Origin: an uncultured Candidatus Saccharibacteria bacterium
GTDB taxonomy: Bacteria; Patescibacteriota; Doudnabacteria; UBA920
Assembly: GCA_964617815.1 (NCBI GenBank)
Contig: CAZTXY010000002.1
Coordinates: 39,343-103,342, forward strand
Reading direction: 5' to 3'
DNA: 64,000 bases
Shown here: one piece after another, positions 36,410-45,309 of the stretch
How the letters are laid out: each line of letters starts with the position of its first letter
How positions within the stretch are numbered: position 1 is the stretch's first letter
Notes under the pieces: model-generated
What the model was told of the DNA's origin: nothing
The model's database searches: none
The model's input: only the letters and a program-made list of their open reading frames with translations
Program-made: the position numbers and the translations under genes

Positions 36410-37105
36410 ATCTTCTGAATTGTGGTCTTCTGCTTGGGTGTCATCGGGACGGTCACTTTCGCGGGAACGTTCAGTATTCTCGCTACGGTCGCGATCACGC
36501 TCACCTGAGGAATTATCAAGGCGAGTTCTTAAGTTGTCTATAATCTTTTCCACTCGTTCTTTTTTTTGCTCATCCCCTTTTTCTCGAATTTTCTCTCGGT
36601 TTTTCTCTAAAAATTCCAAAGCCTTTTCTGCATTTTGCTTAGTTTCAACTTTCTTTTGCTCACTCTTAGTCTTTTTAGTCTCGCTTGAATTATCCTCTGG
36701 CTTTGTTGTTTGAGGAACAATGGAAACAGGTGTTTGAGTATCTTCCAATTCCCGAAGACGCTTTTCAGCAAAATTTACTTGTAAGTTTAATTTAGCTTCT
36801 GGGGTTGGAGCAAAGCGCACGCGAACAATTTCGACTTGACGCTTCACAGAATATAATAAATCGCCCGGTACTGTATTTGCAGATGCGACTGTGGTGCTAA
36901 AAATTATCACTACTAAAAGCACGGGTGTAAGCACGTAGGCCTTAAATGAAAAGTGTTTAACACTCACCCAAAAAGATATCTTCTCTTCCGGTTGTGGTTC
37001 TCCAAGGCGGCTAAAGATTTTGTCTTTGGCCCTCGCCTTAGCCTCACTGGAAAAAGAAATCTGTTCTTGATTATCTTTATAAAATTGTTTTAGCTTCTCG
37101 TTCAT
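36401..37105 (-). CDS. Anti-sigma-factor-like membrane protein with DUF5667-type domain and acidic, Arg/Asp/Glu-rich C-terminal tail
   Basis: Single TM (AYVLTPVLLVVIIFSTTVASA). LLYSVKRQVEIVRVRFAPTPEAKLNLQVNFAEKRLRELED resembles DUF5667. Overlaps the ECF sigma gene by 29 nt. Confidence 0.55.
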   Translation of the reverse strand: MNEKLKQFYKDNQEQISFSSEAKARAKDKIFSRLGEPQPEEKISFWVSVKHFSFKAYVLTPVLLVVIIFSTTVASANTVPGDLLYSVKRQVEIVRVRFAPTPEAKLNLQVNFAEKRLRELEDTQTPVSIVPQTTKPEDNSSETKKTKSEQKKVETKQNAEKALEFLEKNREKIREKGDEQKKERVEKIIDNLRTRLDNSSGERDRDRSENTERSRESDRPDDTQAEDHNSEDNN

Positions 37106-37646
37106 GTTGTTTGTAAATTGTTTCTAATTTTTTAGTAGCCCGATGCTGTAAGACGCGAACCGCTAAGTTAGTCTTACCCATAATCTTGGCTGTCTCTTCT
37201 ACTGTAAAGTCCTGAAAAAATCTGAGCTCAATGACTTGTCGATAACTTTCTGAAAGTTCATGCAGTGCGGTTTTAATTTCCTTGGAGTCAAACTTATGCT
37301 GAATACTGGCCTGTGTGTCATCATTATTTGCAACATCAATTGCAGGATCCAGCGAAACTGTTTGCGGCCGGCGGTAAATTTTTCTGTAATGGTCATTAAC
37401 AGTGTTGCTGGCAACTTTATAAACCCAGGCAGTGAAGTTTAATTCTTCTGTGTCCAAAGTCTTGCAACCATGCCAGACTTTCACAAATACGTCTTGGAGA
37501 ATATCTTCGGCTTCTTCGTTTGAGGCGACCTTAACACGAATGTATCTATAAATACGTTCTGCAAAGTCGTCGTATAAAGCCGAAAAAGCTTCCTGATCGC
37601 CCTGTTTGATTCTGGCCACTAGCTCACCAGTAGTTTGAGTGTCCAT
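37077..37646 (-). CDS. ECF-type RNA polymerase sigma-70 factor
   Basis: Region 2 (DILQDVFVKVW) and region 4 (SESYRQVIELRFFQDFTVEETAKIMGKTNLAVRVLQHRATKKL). Confidence 0.85.
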   Translation of the reverse strand: MDTQTTGELVARIKQGDQEAFSALYDDFAERIYRYIRVKVASNEEAEDILQDVFVKVWHGCKTLDTEELNFTAWVYKVASNTVNDHYRKIYRRPQTVSLDPAIDVANNDDTQASIQHKFDSKEIKTALHELSESYRQVIELRFFQDFTVEETAKIMGKTNLAVRVLQHRATKKLETIYKQHEREAKTIL

Positions 37647-37749
37647 ACTGCTTTACATTAATATAACGTAGGTTCCTCTAAAAAGTTACCTATGTAGTAT
37701 AACATTTTAAAGACAGCTAAAAATGCCTTAAATAAAGGATATTTTATAT

Positions 37750-37774
37750 GTAACCCACAGCTTTTCTGTGCGAT
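37750..37774 (+). promoter_or_regulatory. Candidate ECF-type promoter (GTAACC-N15-CGAT) upstream of the DUF5666 gene
   Basis: AAC...CGA spacing of 16 nt resembles the ECF sigma -35/-10 pattern; divergent from the sigma/anti-sigma pair. Confidence 0.3.
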
Positions 37775-37849
37775 ATATATGCGTAGGGGGTAAAGACAAA
37801 ATTAAAGTGAGTCTCAAAATGTTCATGAGACTACACAAGGAAGGATAAT

Positions 37850-38530
37850 ATGAGTTATAACAAAAAGTTTACAAGATTTATTGCCATTGCTGCAATCGCA
37901 ACTATTGCAATTCCAGGGCTAGCTTTTGCCCATAACGACGACGATAAAGGCAAAAAGGAAGATAGGCAAGAACGACAGGAACATCGTAATGATAAGCGCG
38001 GAGAACAAACTAATGAATTTGGCGTTCGCGTCTTTGAAGACAATGGCCTGCATTTAGGAGTTTCTGGATTATTCTACAGAGGTACAGTGACTGCCGTCTC
38101 CACCACAGGCTTCACATTAAAGACCAAAGATAATGCATCTTTAACTGTTGATGCGAGTTCTGCAAAAATTATTAGAATGCCACGTACCGCCATACTGCTC
38201 TCTGACCTCAAAGTAAACGACAGTGTTTGGATTACTGGCACAAAAGTAAACGGGGGCATTACTGCAAGCGTAGTCTATGCCATGGCTGAAAATATTAAAC
38301 CAGCCAAAGCTAAGGGTACAGTCACAGCAGTTTCGGGCAACACCGTAACACTGCAAACCAAAAATGATAAAACTGTTACCATAACTACTACTCCAGATAC
38401 TAACATCGTAAAAGCTGATGGCACAGTTGGAGCTAGTACAGATATTTTAGTTGGCTCTAAATTAAAGATCTGGGGCTTATGGGATAAGCTTACAAATATC
38501 CTCTCTGCCTTAAGAGTTAAAATTAAATAA
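37850..38530 (+). CDS. Secreted DUF5666-like repeat protein (signal peptide, two GTVTAVS...T beta-repeat units)
   Basis: Signal peptide FIAIAAIATIAIPGLAFA; internal repeats RGTVTAVSTTGFTLKTKD... and KGTVTAVSGNTVTLQTKND.... Confidence 0.6.
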   Translation: MSYNKKFTRFIAIAAIATIAIPGLAFAHNDDDKGKKEDRQERQEHRNDKRGEQTNEFGVRVFEDNGLHLGVSGLFYRGTVTAVSTTGFTLKTKDNASLTVDASSAKIIRMPRTAILLSDLKVNDSVWITGTKVNGGITASVVYAMAENIKPAKAKGTVTAVSGNTVTLQTKNDKTVTITTTPDTNIVKADGTVGASTDILVGSKLKIWGLWDKLTNILSALRVKIK

Positions 38531-38540
38531 TTACAATTTT

Positions 38541-38580
38541 AAAACTCCCTCTAGCATCTGCTAGAGGGAGTTTTATTTTT
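38541..38580. terminator. Bidirectional intrinsic terminator (ctccctctagc atct gctagagggag + ttttattttt)
   Basis: 11-bp perfect stem between convergent genes. Confidence 0.85.
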
Positions 38581-38587
38581 GTAAAAA

Positions 38588-40027
38588 TTATTTTTTTGTT
38601 GGAGTTTGAGTTGTAGTTCCTTTTGTGGTTGTTGTTCCTGCCTTAGCCGAAGACTTAAGCGCAGAATTTCCAGAACCTCCCCCGCCTCCACCTCCAGCGC
38701 TACCTCCCCCGCAAGTCTCTCCAGTATATGGGTTAGTCCCAGGAACCACCATCACATTCCCCATACCAGCAGAACTGAGAAGCGGTCCCGCTTGAGCTGT
38801 ACTATAAGCAGCCATAACACCTAACTGTAACCGAGTACAAGGATCCATTTGTCCAACATCGGCAATAAGGGAAACTGTAGCTGTGGCACCAGCAGGGATT
38901 ATCAATGGGACACCGCCAGAACCAGAACCGGTGCCGCCTGTTTTATACGCTGCGGCTTTACACTTAAAGCGAAGCAGTGAATCCATTTGAAAATTGGTAT
39001 TAGAAAAGATTGTTCCAAACTCACGAGCACTGGAAAAAGTTGTCGGCTTAGCAATGATCCCGCCACCAACTCGTTTGACTGTGAAAGTTTTATTAGAGGC
39101 AAAGGGTTGGGGAGCAGCTGTGCCGTTTGTATGCTGTGGTGCATACCCATCCCTACATCCAACTAACATCGCGTTAATGGTTTTTGGTGAAGTGGTACTG
39201 TTATTTTTTAAGTCTATTAAAGCAAATTCAACAGCGGTAGCATTATTAGTCACTGGACCAGCAGGTGGTGACTCTGGGCTGCGAGTTGCACTAATCACAG
39301 CAGAAGCGGCCGGTGTGACAGTCACAGTAAAAGTTTTTGGGCCAACTACAAAAGTCGTTGGTCTATTATCTGGATTAGTCAGCAATAAAGCTTCGTCTCT
39401 AGGGAAATACTGCTGTTTATTGTAAGTGGCCATAGCTGTGACAGTATATGTCCCAGGTGTTAAATAATTGTGGTCATAACCTGTACGAATGGACGAGCTT
39501 TGCAAGGTGCCGTCGCCCCAATCTACAACAATATTTGGAAACCAAATAATAGCGCGGGGACAAGTTGGATCACCAGGACAGGGTCTATCAACTTGCTGGG
39601 TCCCATAAATTTTAAATGATCCTGCCCTACCCTGGACCACTGTTGTAGGCCCTGTGATAGTTATTTGGCACCCAGCCTGATTCCAGTAAGAACAAGTTGT
39701 AATTGTGCCAGCGGTTGGGTTCCCCTCTTGATTGTTTATAGAAGTTGTAGATAAGCCCGCTGCCTTATTCTGAGTCTGAGTAGTATTTGTTACAGAACGA
39801 CGCAAGTTTTGTATCCAACTAAAGCTGGCTTCACTTGATAAGCCAAGGCCACCACCGAGGACAGAAAAAGTCCCTATAGCAACACCAAGCACAAAAATTA
39901 CTGCAGTGATAGTCAACCAAATATTAGCGCGACTCTTTGCCACAAGGGCAAATTGTTTGCGCAAACTTTTATCTGCTTTGGCTATGGAGTCGTCTATAAC
40001 CCTATGTCCATTTTTTGTTTGAGTCAT
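38588..40027 (-). CDS. Large N-anchored surface protein (479 aa; TM anchor, Cys-containing beta-rich domains, Gly-rich and Thr/Lys-rich C-terminus)
   Basis: TM IWLTITAVIFVLGVAIGTFSVL. GGGSAGGGGGGGSGNS tract and C-terminal TTTTKGTTTQTPTKK. Lies downstream of the PilB-like and CBS genes. Confidence 0.55.
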   Translation of the reverse strand: MTQTKNGHRVIDDSIAKADKSLRKQFALVAKSRANIWLTITAVIFVLGVAIGTFSVLGGGLGLSSEASFSWIQNLRRSVTNTTQTQNKAAGLSTTSINNQEGNPTAGTITTCSYWNQAGCQITITGPTTVVQGRAGSFKIYGTQQVDRPCPGDPTCPRAIIWFPNIVVDWGDGTLQSSSIRTGYDHNYLTPGTYTVTAMATYNKQQYFPRDEALLLTNPDNRPTTFVVGPKTFTVTVTPAASAVISATRSPESPPAGPVTNNATAVEFALIDLKNNSTTSPKTINAMLVGCRDGYAPQHTNGTAAPQPFASNKTFTVKRVGGGIIAKPTTFSSAREFGTIFSNTNFQMDSLLRFKCKAAAYKTGGTGSGSGGVPLIIPAGATATVSLIADVGQMDPCTRLQLGVMAAYSTAQAGPLLSSAGMGNVMVVPGTNPYTGETCGGGSAGGGGGGGSGNSALKSSAKAGTTTTKGTTTQTPTKK

Positions 40028-40046
40028 ATTTTTATCTTAAAAAATT

Positions 40047-40508
40047 TTAAATATTTTTTTGTGAAAAAAGTTTAATTAAGTCACTGCGAGAAATTATACC
40101 AACTAGTTTATTATCCTTATTAACAACAGGAATTGGGTTAACACGCTTGGTGGCAAAAAGCAGGGCTAGTTTTTGAAGTTCTGTAGACTCTGTAGTTGTA
40201 ACCACCTCGGTGTTCATAATGTCACCAGCCGTCGCTCCTATAATTTTCTTAACTGCTAAAGGAAGTTTTTTATTATCTCCCTTAATGTAATCCATTTCTT
40301 GGAGAAGCTTGATATATGTTGGTAAATACAGCTTGGAGTCTGAAGCAATAAAATCACGCTCAGCGATCATCCCTAACAATCGTCCTTGCTCGTCTGCCAC
40401 TGGCACTCCAGTAAAATGTTTTGCGAACAATAAATCTGCGACTTGATTAACCGTATCAGTCGGCCGTACGGTCACCACATTTTTTGTCATCAAGTCACAA
40501 ACCTTCAT
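40047..40508 (-). CDS. CBS domain pair protein
   Basis: Two CBS repeats (VVTVRPTDTVNQVADLL..., VVTTTESTELQKLALLF...). Confidence 0.8.
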   Translation of the reverse strand: MKVCDLMTKNVVTVRPTDTVNQVADLLFAKHFTGVPVADEQGRLLGMIAERDFIASDSKLYLPTYIKLLQEMDYIKGDNKKLPLAVKKIIGATAGDIMNTEVVTTTESTELQKLALLFATKRVNPIPVVNKDNKLVGIISRSDLIKLFSQKNI

Positions 40509-40591
40509 AGACTATTTTTGTTTCTAAAAAGCCCAACTAATATAAACATTATAGCAGAATTTTTGCATTTTGTCAAAAAAATTTAACCAAA

Positions 40592-42244
40592 CTAGTCTCC
40601 TGCGACTCTAAAAACTTCCTCTACATCTGTAATCCCCTCCAGCGCTTTTAGTAGTCCATCTTGAGCCATGCTCACTGTTCCTGCCCCAATTGCCACAGCT
40701 CTAATTTCAAGAGCAGAAGCTTCTTTTAAAATTAATGCTTCAATGCTATCTGTAACTTCAATAACTTCATAAATTCCGATTCGTCCTTTATAACCAAGTC
40801 CCCCGCAAGCATCGCAACCATTTGCGGCAAAAAACTGGATTTTTCGAGGCAAAATTACCTGAGCGGATTTTGGAATTTTTTCAAGAATACTTTTTACTCG
40901 AGTTAGTGTAGCTGGTTCAATCTCAACTTCCTTGCGGCAACTCACGCAAAGCATTCGCACAAGCCGTTGAGCAATAATTGCCGTTAAAGCAGGAGCAATT
41001 GTAAAAGGCTTCACCCCCATTGTAGTCAACCGTGGAATCGCGCCGGAAGCGTCGTTAGTATGCAAAGTTGAAAGGACAATATGGCCTGTAAGCGCTGCTT
41101 GCATCGCAGTTTCTGCAGTTTCTTGATCACGAATTTCACCAACCATTACAATATCTGGATCTTGCCTCAGAATTGCTCTTAATCCCTTAGCAAAACTAAA
41201 ATCAACATTGTGGTCAATGGGAGTTTGAGAAATTCCTTGTAATTTATATTCAACCGGATCTTCAAGTGTGATAATTTTTACTCCCGGTTGATTAAGCTCG
41301 CTTAAGAAAGCATAGAGTGTTGTAGTTTTTCCGCTTCCAGTTGGACCAGTTGTAATTATCATCCCATTTGGTTTTGCCAGAGCTTTTTCTACGACTGCCA
41401 AACCTAAGCCCCTCATCCCAAGATCTGCTATTTTAAGTTGCTTAGCTTCAGTCCCAAGAAGCCGCAACACTACACCTTCGCCGTTAGCTGAAGGTAGTGT
41501 AGAAACACGTACGTCAACAGGTTTCCCTTTGTAAAAAAAAGTTAAGCGGCCGTCTTGCGGCAAATTTTCTACATTTAATTTAAGCTTAGAAAAACTTTTT
41601 AGACGAGCCATAACTGCTCGCTGAGTAATTTTATCCAAATGAACAATGTCGGAAAGCACCCCGTCAAGTCGAAACCTAACTTTAATAAAGTCAGCTTCTG
41701 GTTCAATATGAATGTCGGAAGCATGTAAGACTATTGCGGCTCCAAATAAAACTGTGAGTACCTCACTTGCTGACTGACCTTTGTTGCTAGTTTTAAATTT
41801 TTCTAAATTTTCTAAAATAGTAGCTTCATCTCCATCAACAGTAATAACATCATGCGCTATGCTTTTTGGAGTCAAAACCTTTTTATAAAAACCAAAGGCT
41901 TGCTTGTAACTACTTTCGGAAATTAAATAGACAGTGACTGTGTATTTTTTTTGTAAAGAACTCTTTTTTTCTAACAATAGCGGATTAGAAGGATCAACTG
42001 TGGCAAGACTAAGGGTGTGAATGTCACGATAGACCGGCAAACTCTTTGACTCACGCGCTTCCCCTTCGGCAAACAAAGCCAAAACATTTAAATCCAAAGG
42101 AAAATTATGTAAGTTTAAATACGGCAGGCCGAGAAGCTTAGCCTTTTTTACTGTCTCATCTTCTTCTAATACTCGATTCTCGTCTAGCAAAGCCCTTTGC
42201 ATATCCTGTGGGGTGCTAGATAAAAAGTGTTTACTGTCTACCAT
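40592..42244 (-). CDS. Type IV pilus assembly / type II secretion ATPase (GspE/PilB family)
   Basis: Walker A TGPTGSGKTT, Asp box, Walker B DPDIVMVGEIRD, His box, tetracysteine motif CVSC...CDAC. Confidence 0.9.
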   Translation of the reverse strand: MVDSKHFLSSTPQDMQRALLDENRVLEEDETVKKAKLLGLPYLNLHNFPLDLNVLALFAEGEARESKSLPVYRDIHTLSLATVDPSNPLLLEKKSSLQKKYTVTVYLISESSYKQAFGFYKKVLTPKSIAHDVITVDGDEATILENLEKFKTSNKGQSASEVLTVLFGAAIVLHASDIHIEPEADFIKVRFRLDGVLSDIVHLDKITQRAVMARLKSFSKLKLNVENLPQDGRLTFFYKGKPVDVRVSTLPSANGEGVVLRLLGTEAKQLKIADLGMRGLGLAVVEKALAKPNGMIITTGPTGSGKTTTLYAFLSELNQPGVKIITLEDPVEYKLQGISQTPIDHNVDFSFAKGLRAILRQDPDIVMVGEIRDQETAETAMQAALTGHIVLSTLHTNDASGAIPRLTTMGVKPFTIAPALTAIIAQRLVRMLCVSCRKEVEIEPATLTRVKSILEKIPKSAQVILPRKIQFFAANGCDACGGLGYKGRIGIYEVIEVTDSIEALILKEASALEIRAVAIGAGTVSMAQDGLLKALEGITDVEEVFRVAGD

Positions 42245-42359
42245 GACGCTAAATTTTTATTTTCCGCCAAAGACGCTGGCTGACTCGTTATTCTTTTGTT
42301 TCTAAAAATATTGAACTAAAGTAATTATACCACTATATAAGCTCAATAGAGAGGGCTGT

Positions 42360-43490
42360 TTACTGCAAGTTTGCCACCACATTTTCTGGAGATAAACTAG
42401 TTTCAAATATAGTTATTAGGAATTGCCCAAACAAGGGCAAGGATGCTGGGGTGGTCAGCCCAAATTTTTGAGCAATAACTTCGGTATTTATATGTGGGAG
42501 ACTCGCTAAGACGAGAAGGGTTGAATCTCTATTTGTCGCTGCTACCACTGCCACTGAAGCAAACCCACTAACATTTTTTACTAATTCTCGCAGTGCATTT
42601 GGAATATCAGCTTCTGATGTCTCACTCTTTTCAAAATCCTGCTGATTTATGACCGCAAAAAGTGTTTGGCCTGAAGGGCTTTCTTCTAACCTCGCCAAAG
42701 TTCTACCCCACAACTTTAATAAATTAAATTGCTTAGTTTTAAATAAATGCTGAACGACTAATTCTTGATCTGCCCCAAGTCTAAGCAAACCACTGGCTGT
42801 GACAAAAGTGTTGGCAGTAGTAGAGACAAACTGAAAACTGCTAGTTGCATGCATTATCCCCCCTAAAAAACATGTGGCTGCCGTACTAGGAATTTCAAAG
42901 TCATCCTGAGCTAATAAGGTGCGCGCTACTAACTCAGCATTGCTACTAGCCACAACATCCACAGAATTTATTGTGCCAAAATATTCATTGGCTGGACTTT
43001 TATCAAAATTAATTTTTGCAACTCCATATAACAAATCAGAATGGTCCACAAATAAACCACCTAAACTCTCCAAAGAGCCAGTCCCAATTGTGATTACTAA
43101 ATCTATGCTTGCAACCCCAGACTCAACTCTCACATCCCCAGAAGAAAAGCTTCCATTTTTTGGTTTCAAAAAAATTTTTACTTCCTCAGGCTCTACCTCA
43201 TATCTTAATTCATCGAGTTGTGCGTTCTGGGTTTTTAATAAAATGGTTAACCCACCCGTAACCATAGATAATTCTTTTTTAAAAACTACGGTTTCTGGGA
43301 AAAAACCCAAATCTTCTGGGAGAGTCTCTGGACCGATTAAAGTGACGGCTTTGCCCTGCCTCTCTAGTGTAATTGCCAACCCTGCTGCTGCTGACAAAGT
43401 ATCATAATCAGCATGCTCAGGAGTCGCAATCAAAATTGATTGCGACTTTTTACACAGTTCATAAATTTGTTGGGCAAGTGACAATTCCAT
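42360..43490 (-). CDS. DHH-family phosphoesterase (NrnA-like, DHH plus DHHA1)
   Basis: SILIATPEHADYDTLSAAAGL with DHH-like motifs; GGG...H region in the C-terminal DHHA1. Confidence 0.7.
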   Translation of the reverse strand: MELSLAQQIYELCKKSQSILIATPEHADYDTLSAAAGLAITLERQGKAVTLIGPETLPEDLGFFPETVVFKKELSMVTGGLTILLKTQNAQLDELRYEVEPEEVKIFLKPKNGSFSSGDVRVESGVASIDLVITIGTGSLESLGGLFVDHSDLLYGVAKINFDKSPANEYFGTINSVDVVASSNAELVARTLLAQDDFEIPSTAATCFLGGIMHATSSFQFVSTTANTFVTASGLLRLGADQELVVQHLFKTKQFNLLKLWGRTLARLEESPSGQTLFAVINQQDFEKSETSEADIPNALRELVKNVSGFASVAVVAATNRDSTLLVLASLPHINTEVIAQKFGLTTPASLPLFGQFLITIFETSLSPENVVANLQ

Positions 43491-43607
43491 ATAAGATCTA
43501 AAAGGTAGAGATCAATTTCTTTGTTAATTTTTTTAGGGAAAGGGACAACCTTAATATAACACTATAGACAATTTTACTAAATTGGTCAATCCTATTACAA
43601 TAGAGCT

Positions 43608-44009
43608 ATGAGATACGACTACAGCATCACTGTTTCAGAAGCAGGAAACTTAGCAAAGCAGCTAGCGCGCAACCTCAGAGGTGGCGATATTCTCGCTCTT
43701 AGTGGGCCGCTTGGGGCAGGGAAAACAACCTTCACCCAAAAATTAGGAAAACTCCTTGGAATTAAAAAACGAATAACCAGCCCAACTTTTACCTTGGTAA
43801 ACTTCTATCAAGCCAAGCTTCCTAAAACTAAACTTCCAATTACATTTTATCATTTAGACCTCTACCGAACTAATAGTTTTCAGGAAGTAAATGAATTAGG
43901 GCTAGAGGAATTTATGGGACAAGAGCAAACAATTACAGTCATTGAATGGGCGGAAAAAATAAAAGCCCATCTTCCTAAAAATACAATTTGGATTAATTTT
44001 AAAATATGA
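43608..44009 (+). CDS. tsaE: tRNA threonylcarbamoyladenosine biosynthesis ATPase TsaE
   Basis: LSGPLGAGKTTFTQ Walker A, SPTFTL and YHLDLYR motifs. Confidence 0.8.
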   Translation: MRYDYSITVSEAGNLAKQLARNLRGGDILALSGPLGAGKTTFTQKLGKLLGIKKRITSPTFTLVNFYQAKLPKTKLPITFYHLDLYRTNSFQEVNELGLEEFMGQEQTITVIEWAEKIKAHLPKNTIWINFKI

Positions 44010-45304
44010 ACATCCCTTTAATTCTATTAAATAAGTCTTTTGCAATAACATTTACCGTACTGGCATTCTTGGCTAGTATGTTTTTTGTCGTTCCTAGAGT
44101 GCAAGCCGCATTGCCAGAAACCCCTAAAACAGACTTTATTATAGAGGGGCTACCAAGTGCTCTTGTTATTCCAAAGACCACACTAAGCTTATGGGAGTCC
44201 TCTGTCTCTGTATCAGAAAATTCAACAGCGCTCAGCCAAGAAATTTCTCCAGAAGATTTAGTTAGTCAAACTTTGGGGTTAACTACCACAACCCCTGTCA
44301 AAACACGAAAAGTCTACCCATTCAACCCAACCGAAATTTATAACTATCTCTCAGAACATACTAATGGCTTCGAACAAACAAAAGATGCCAAGCTTGTTAT
44401 AGAAAATAACCGCGCCACCGTTTTTGAAGCCGGCCAAGATGGTTTACATATAGACATTGCCACGAGCACAAAAAATGTTATTTTAGCTTTGGTAAACCAA
44501 AAAACTGAAGCCCAACTTGCAGTTCATGCAAAAAAACCTGCCAAACCCCTAGCAGGAACAAACACTTTAGGTATTAATGAATTAATTGGTAAAGGTGAAT
44601 CAAACTTTAAGGGCAGCCCAAAAAACCGCAGACATAATATTAAAGTTGGAGTTGAAAAAGAAAAAGGGGTTATTCTTGCCCCAGGTGAAGAATTCAGTTT
44701 TAACGAATACCTTGGGGAAGTGGAAGCCTCCACAGGGTTTTTACCAGAACTGGTTATAAAAAAATCTGGCACTGTCCCAGAATTCGGCGGAGGGCTCTGC
44801 CAAGTCTCATCCACCACGTTTCGCGCCGCCATGGATGCAGGACTGCCAATAGTGCAAAGAAAAAACCATTCCTATGCCGTGCAGTATTATGCCCCACAAG
44901 GAACAGACGCCACAATTTATCCTGGTGTAATAGACCTAAAATTTACCAATGATACGCCAGCTCATATTTTAATCTGGCCATACTTAAAAGATGCTGACAA
45001 TTTAGTTTTTGAAATTTATGGCACGAAAGATACCCGTAAAGTGATTTTAGAAAAACCCGTAACCTACGACCGTAAAAGTGACGGCTCAATGAAAGCCTAT
45101 TGGAAACGCACAGTAATTAAAGATGGCAAAGAACTAAAAGACACTTTTAACTCTACCTACCAGTCACCAGCGCTATTCCACAAGAAAGAAGAGTTTCCTC
45201 CCACCCCAGAACAACAAGCTGCAAATCCTCAAACTCAAACCCCTGCTCCTCCAGTCGAAAATACTCCACCTATACCAACCCAACCTCCACCAACCATTAA
45301 CTAA
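44006..45304 (+). CDS. VanW-family protein with N-terminal TM anchor and Pro-rich C-terminus
   Basis: GGGLCQVSSTTFRAAMDAGLPIVQRKNHS and YYAPQGTDATIYPG blocks of VanW. Overlaps tsaE by 4 nt (ATGA). Confidence 0.8.
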   Translation: MNIPLILLNKSFAITFTVLAFLASMFFVVPRVQAALPETPKTDFIIEGLPSALVIPKTTLSLWESSVSVSENSTALSQEISPEDLVSQTLGLTTTTPVKTRKVYPFNPTEIYNYLSEHTNGFEQTKDAKLVIENNRATVFEAGQDGLHIDIATSTKNVILALVNQKTEAQLAVHAKKPAKPLAGTNTLGINELIGKGESNFKGSPKNRRHNIKVGVEKEKGVILAPGEEFSFNEYLGEVEASTGFLPELVIKKSGTVPEFGGGLCQVSSTTFRAAMDAGLPIVQRKNHSYAVQYYAPQGTDATIYPGVIDLKFTNDTPAHILIWPYLKDADNLVFEIYGTKDTRKVILEKPVTYDRKSDGSMKAYWKRTVIKDGKELKDTFNSTYQSPALFHKKEEFPPTPEQQAANPQTQTPAPPVENTPPIPTQPPPTIN

Positions 45305-45309
45305 CCACC

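Noticed and set aside
38994-39425. 143-aa plus ORF and the 38606-38824 / 38902-39162 ORFs within the surface-protein gene.
   Set aside because: Opposite-strand or off-frame readings of the Gly/Thr/Ala-rich 38588-40027 CDS.
42919-43407. 162-aa plus ORF inside the DHH phosphoesterase gene.
   Set aside because: Antisense to a CDS with recognisable DHH-family motifs.
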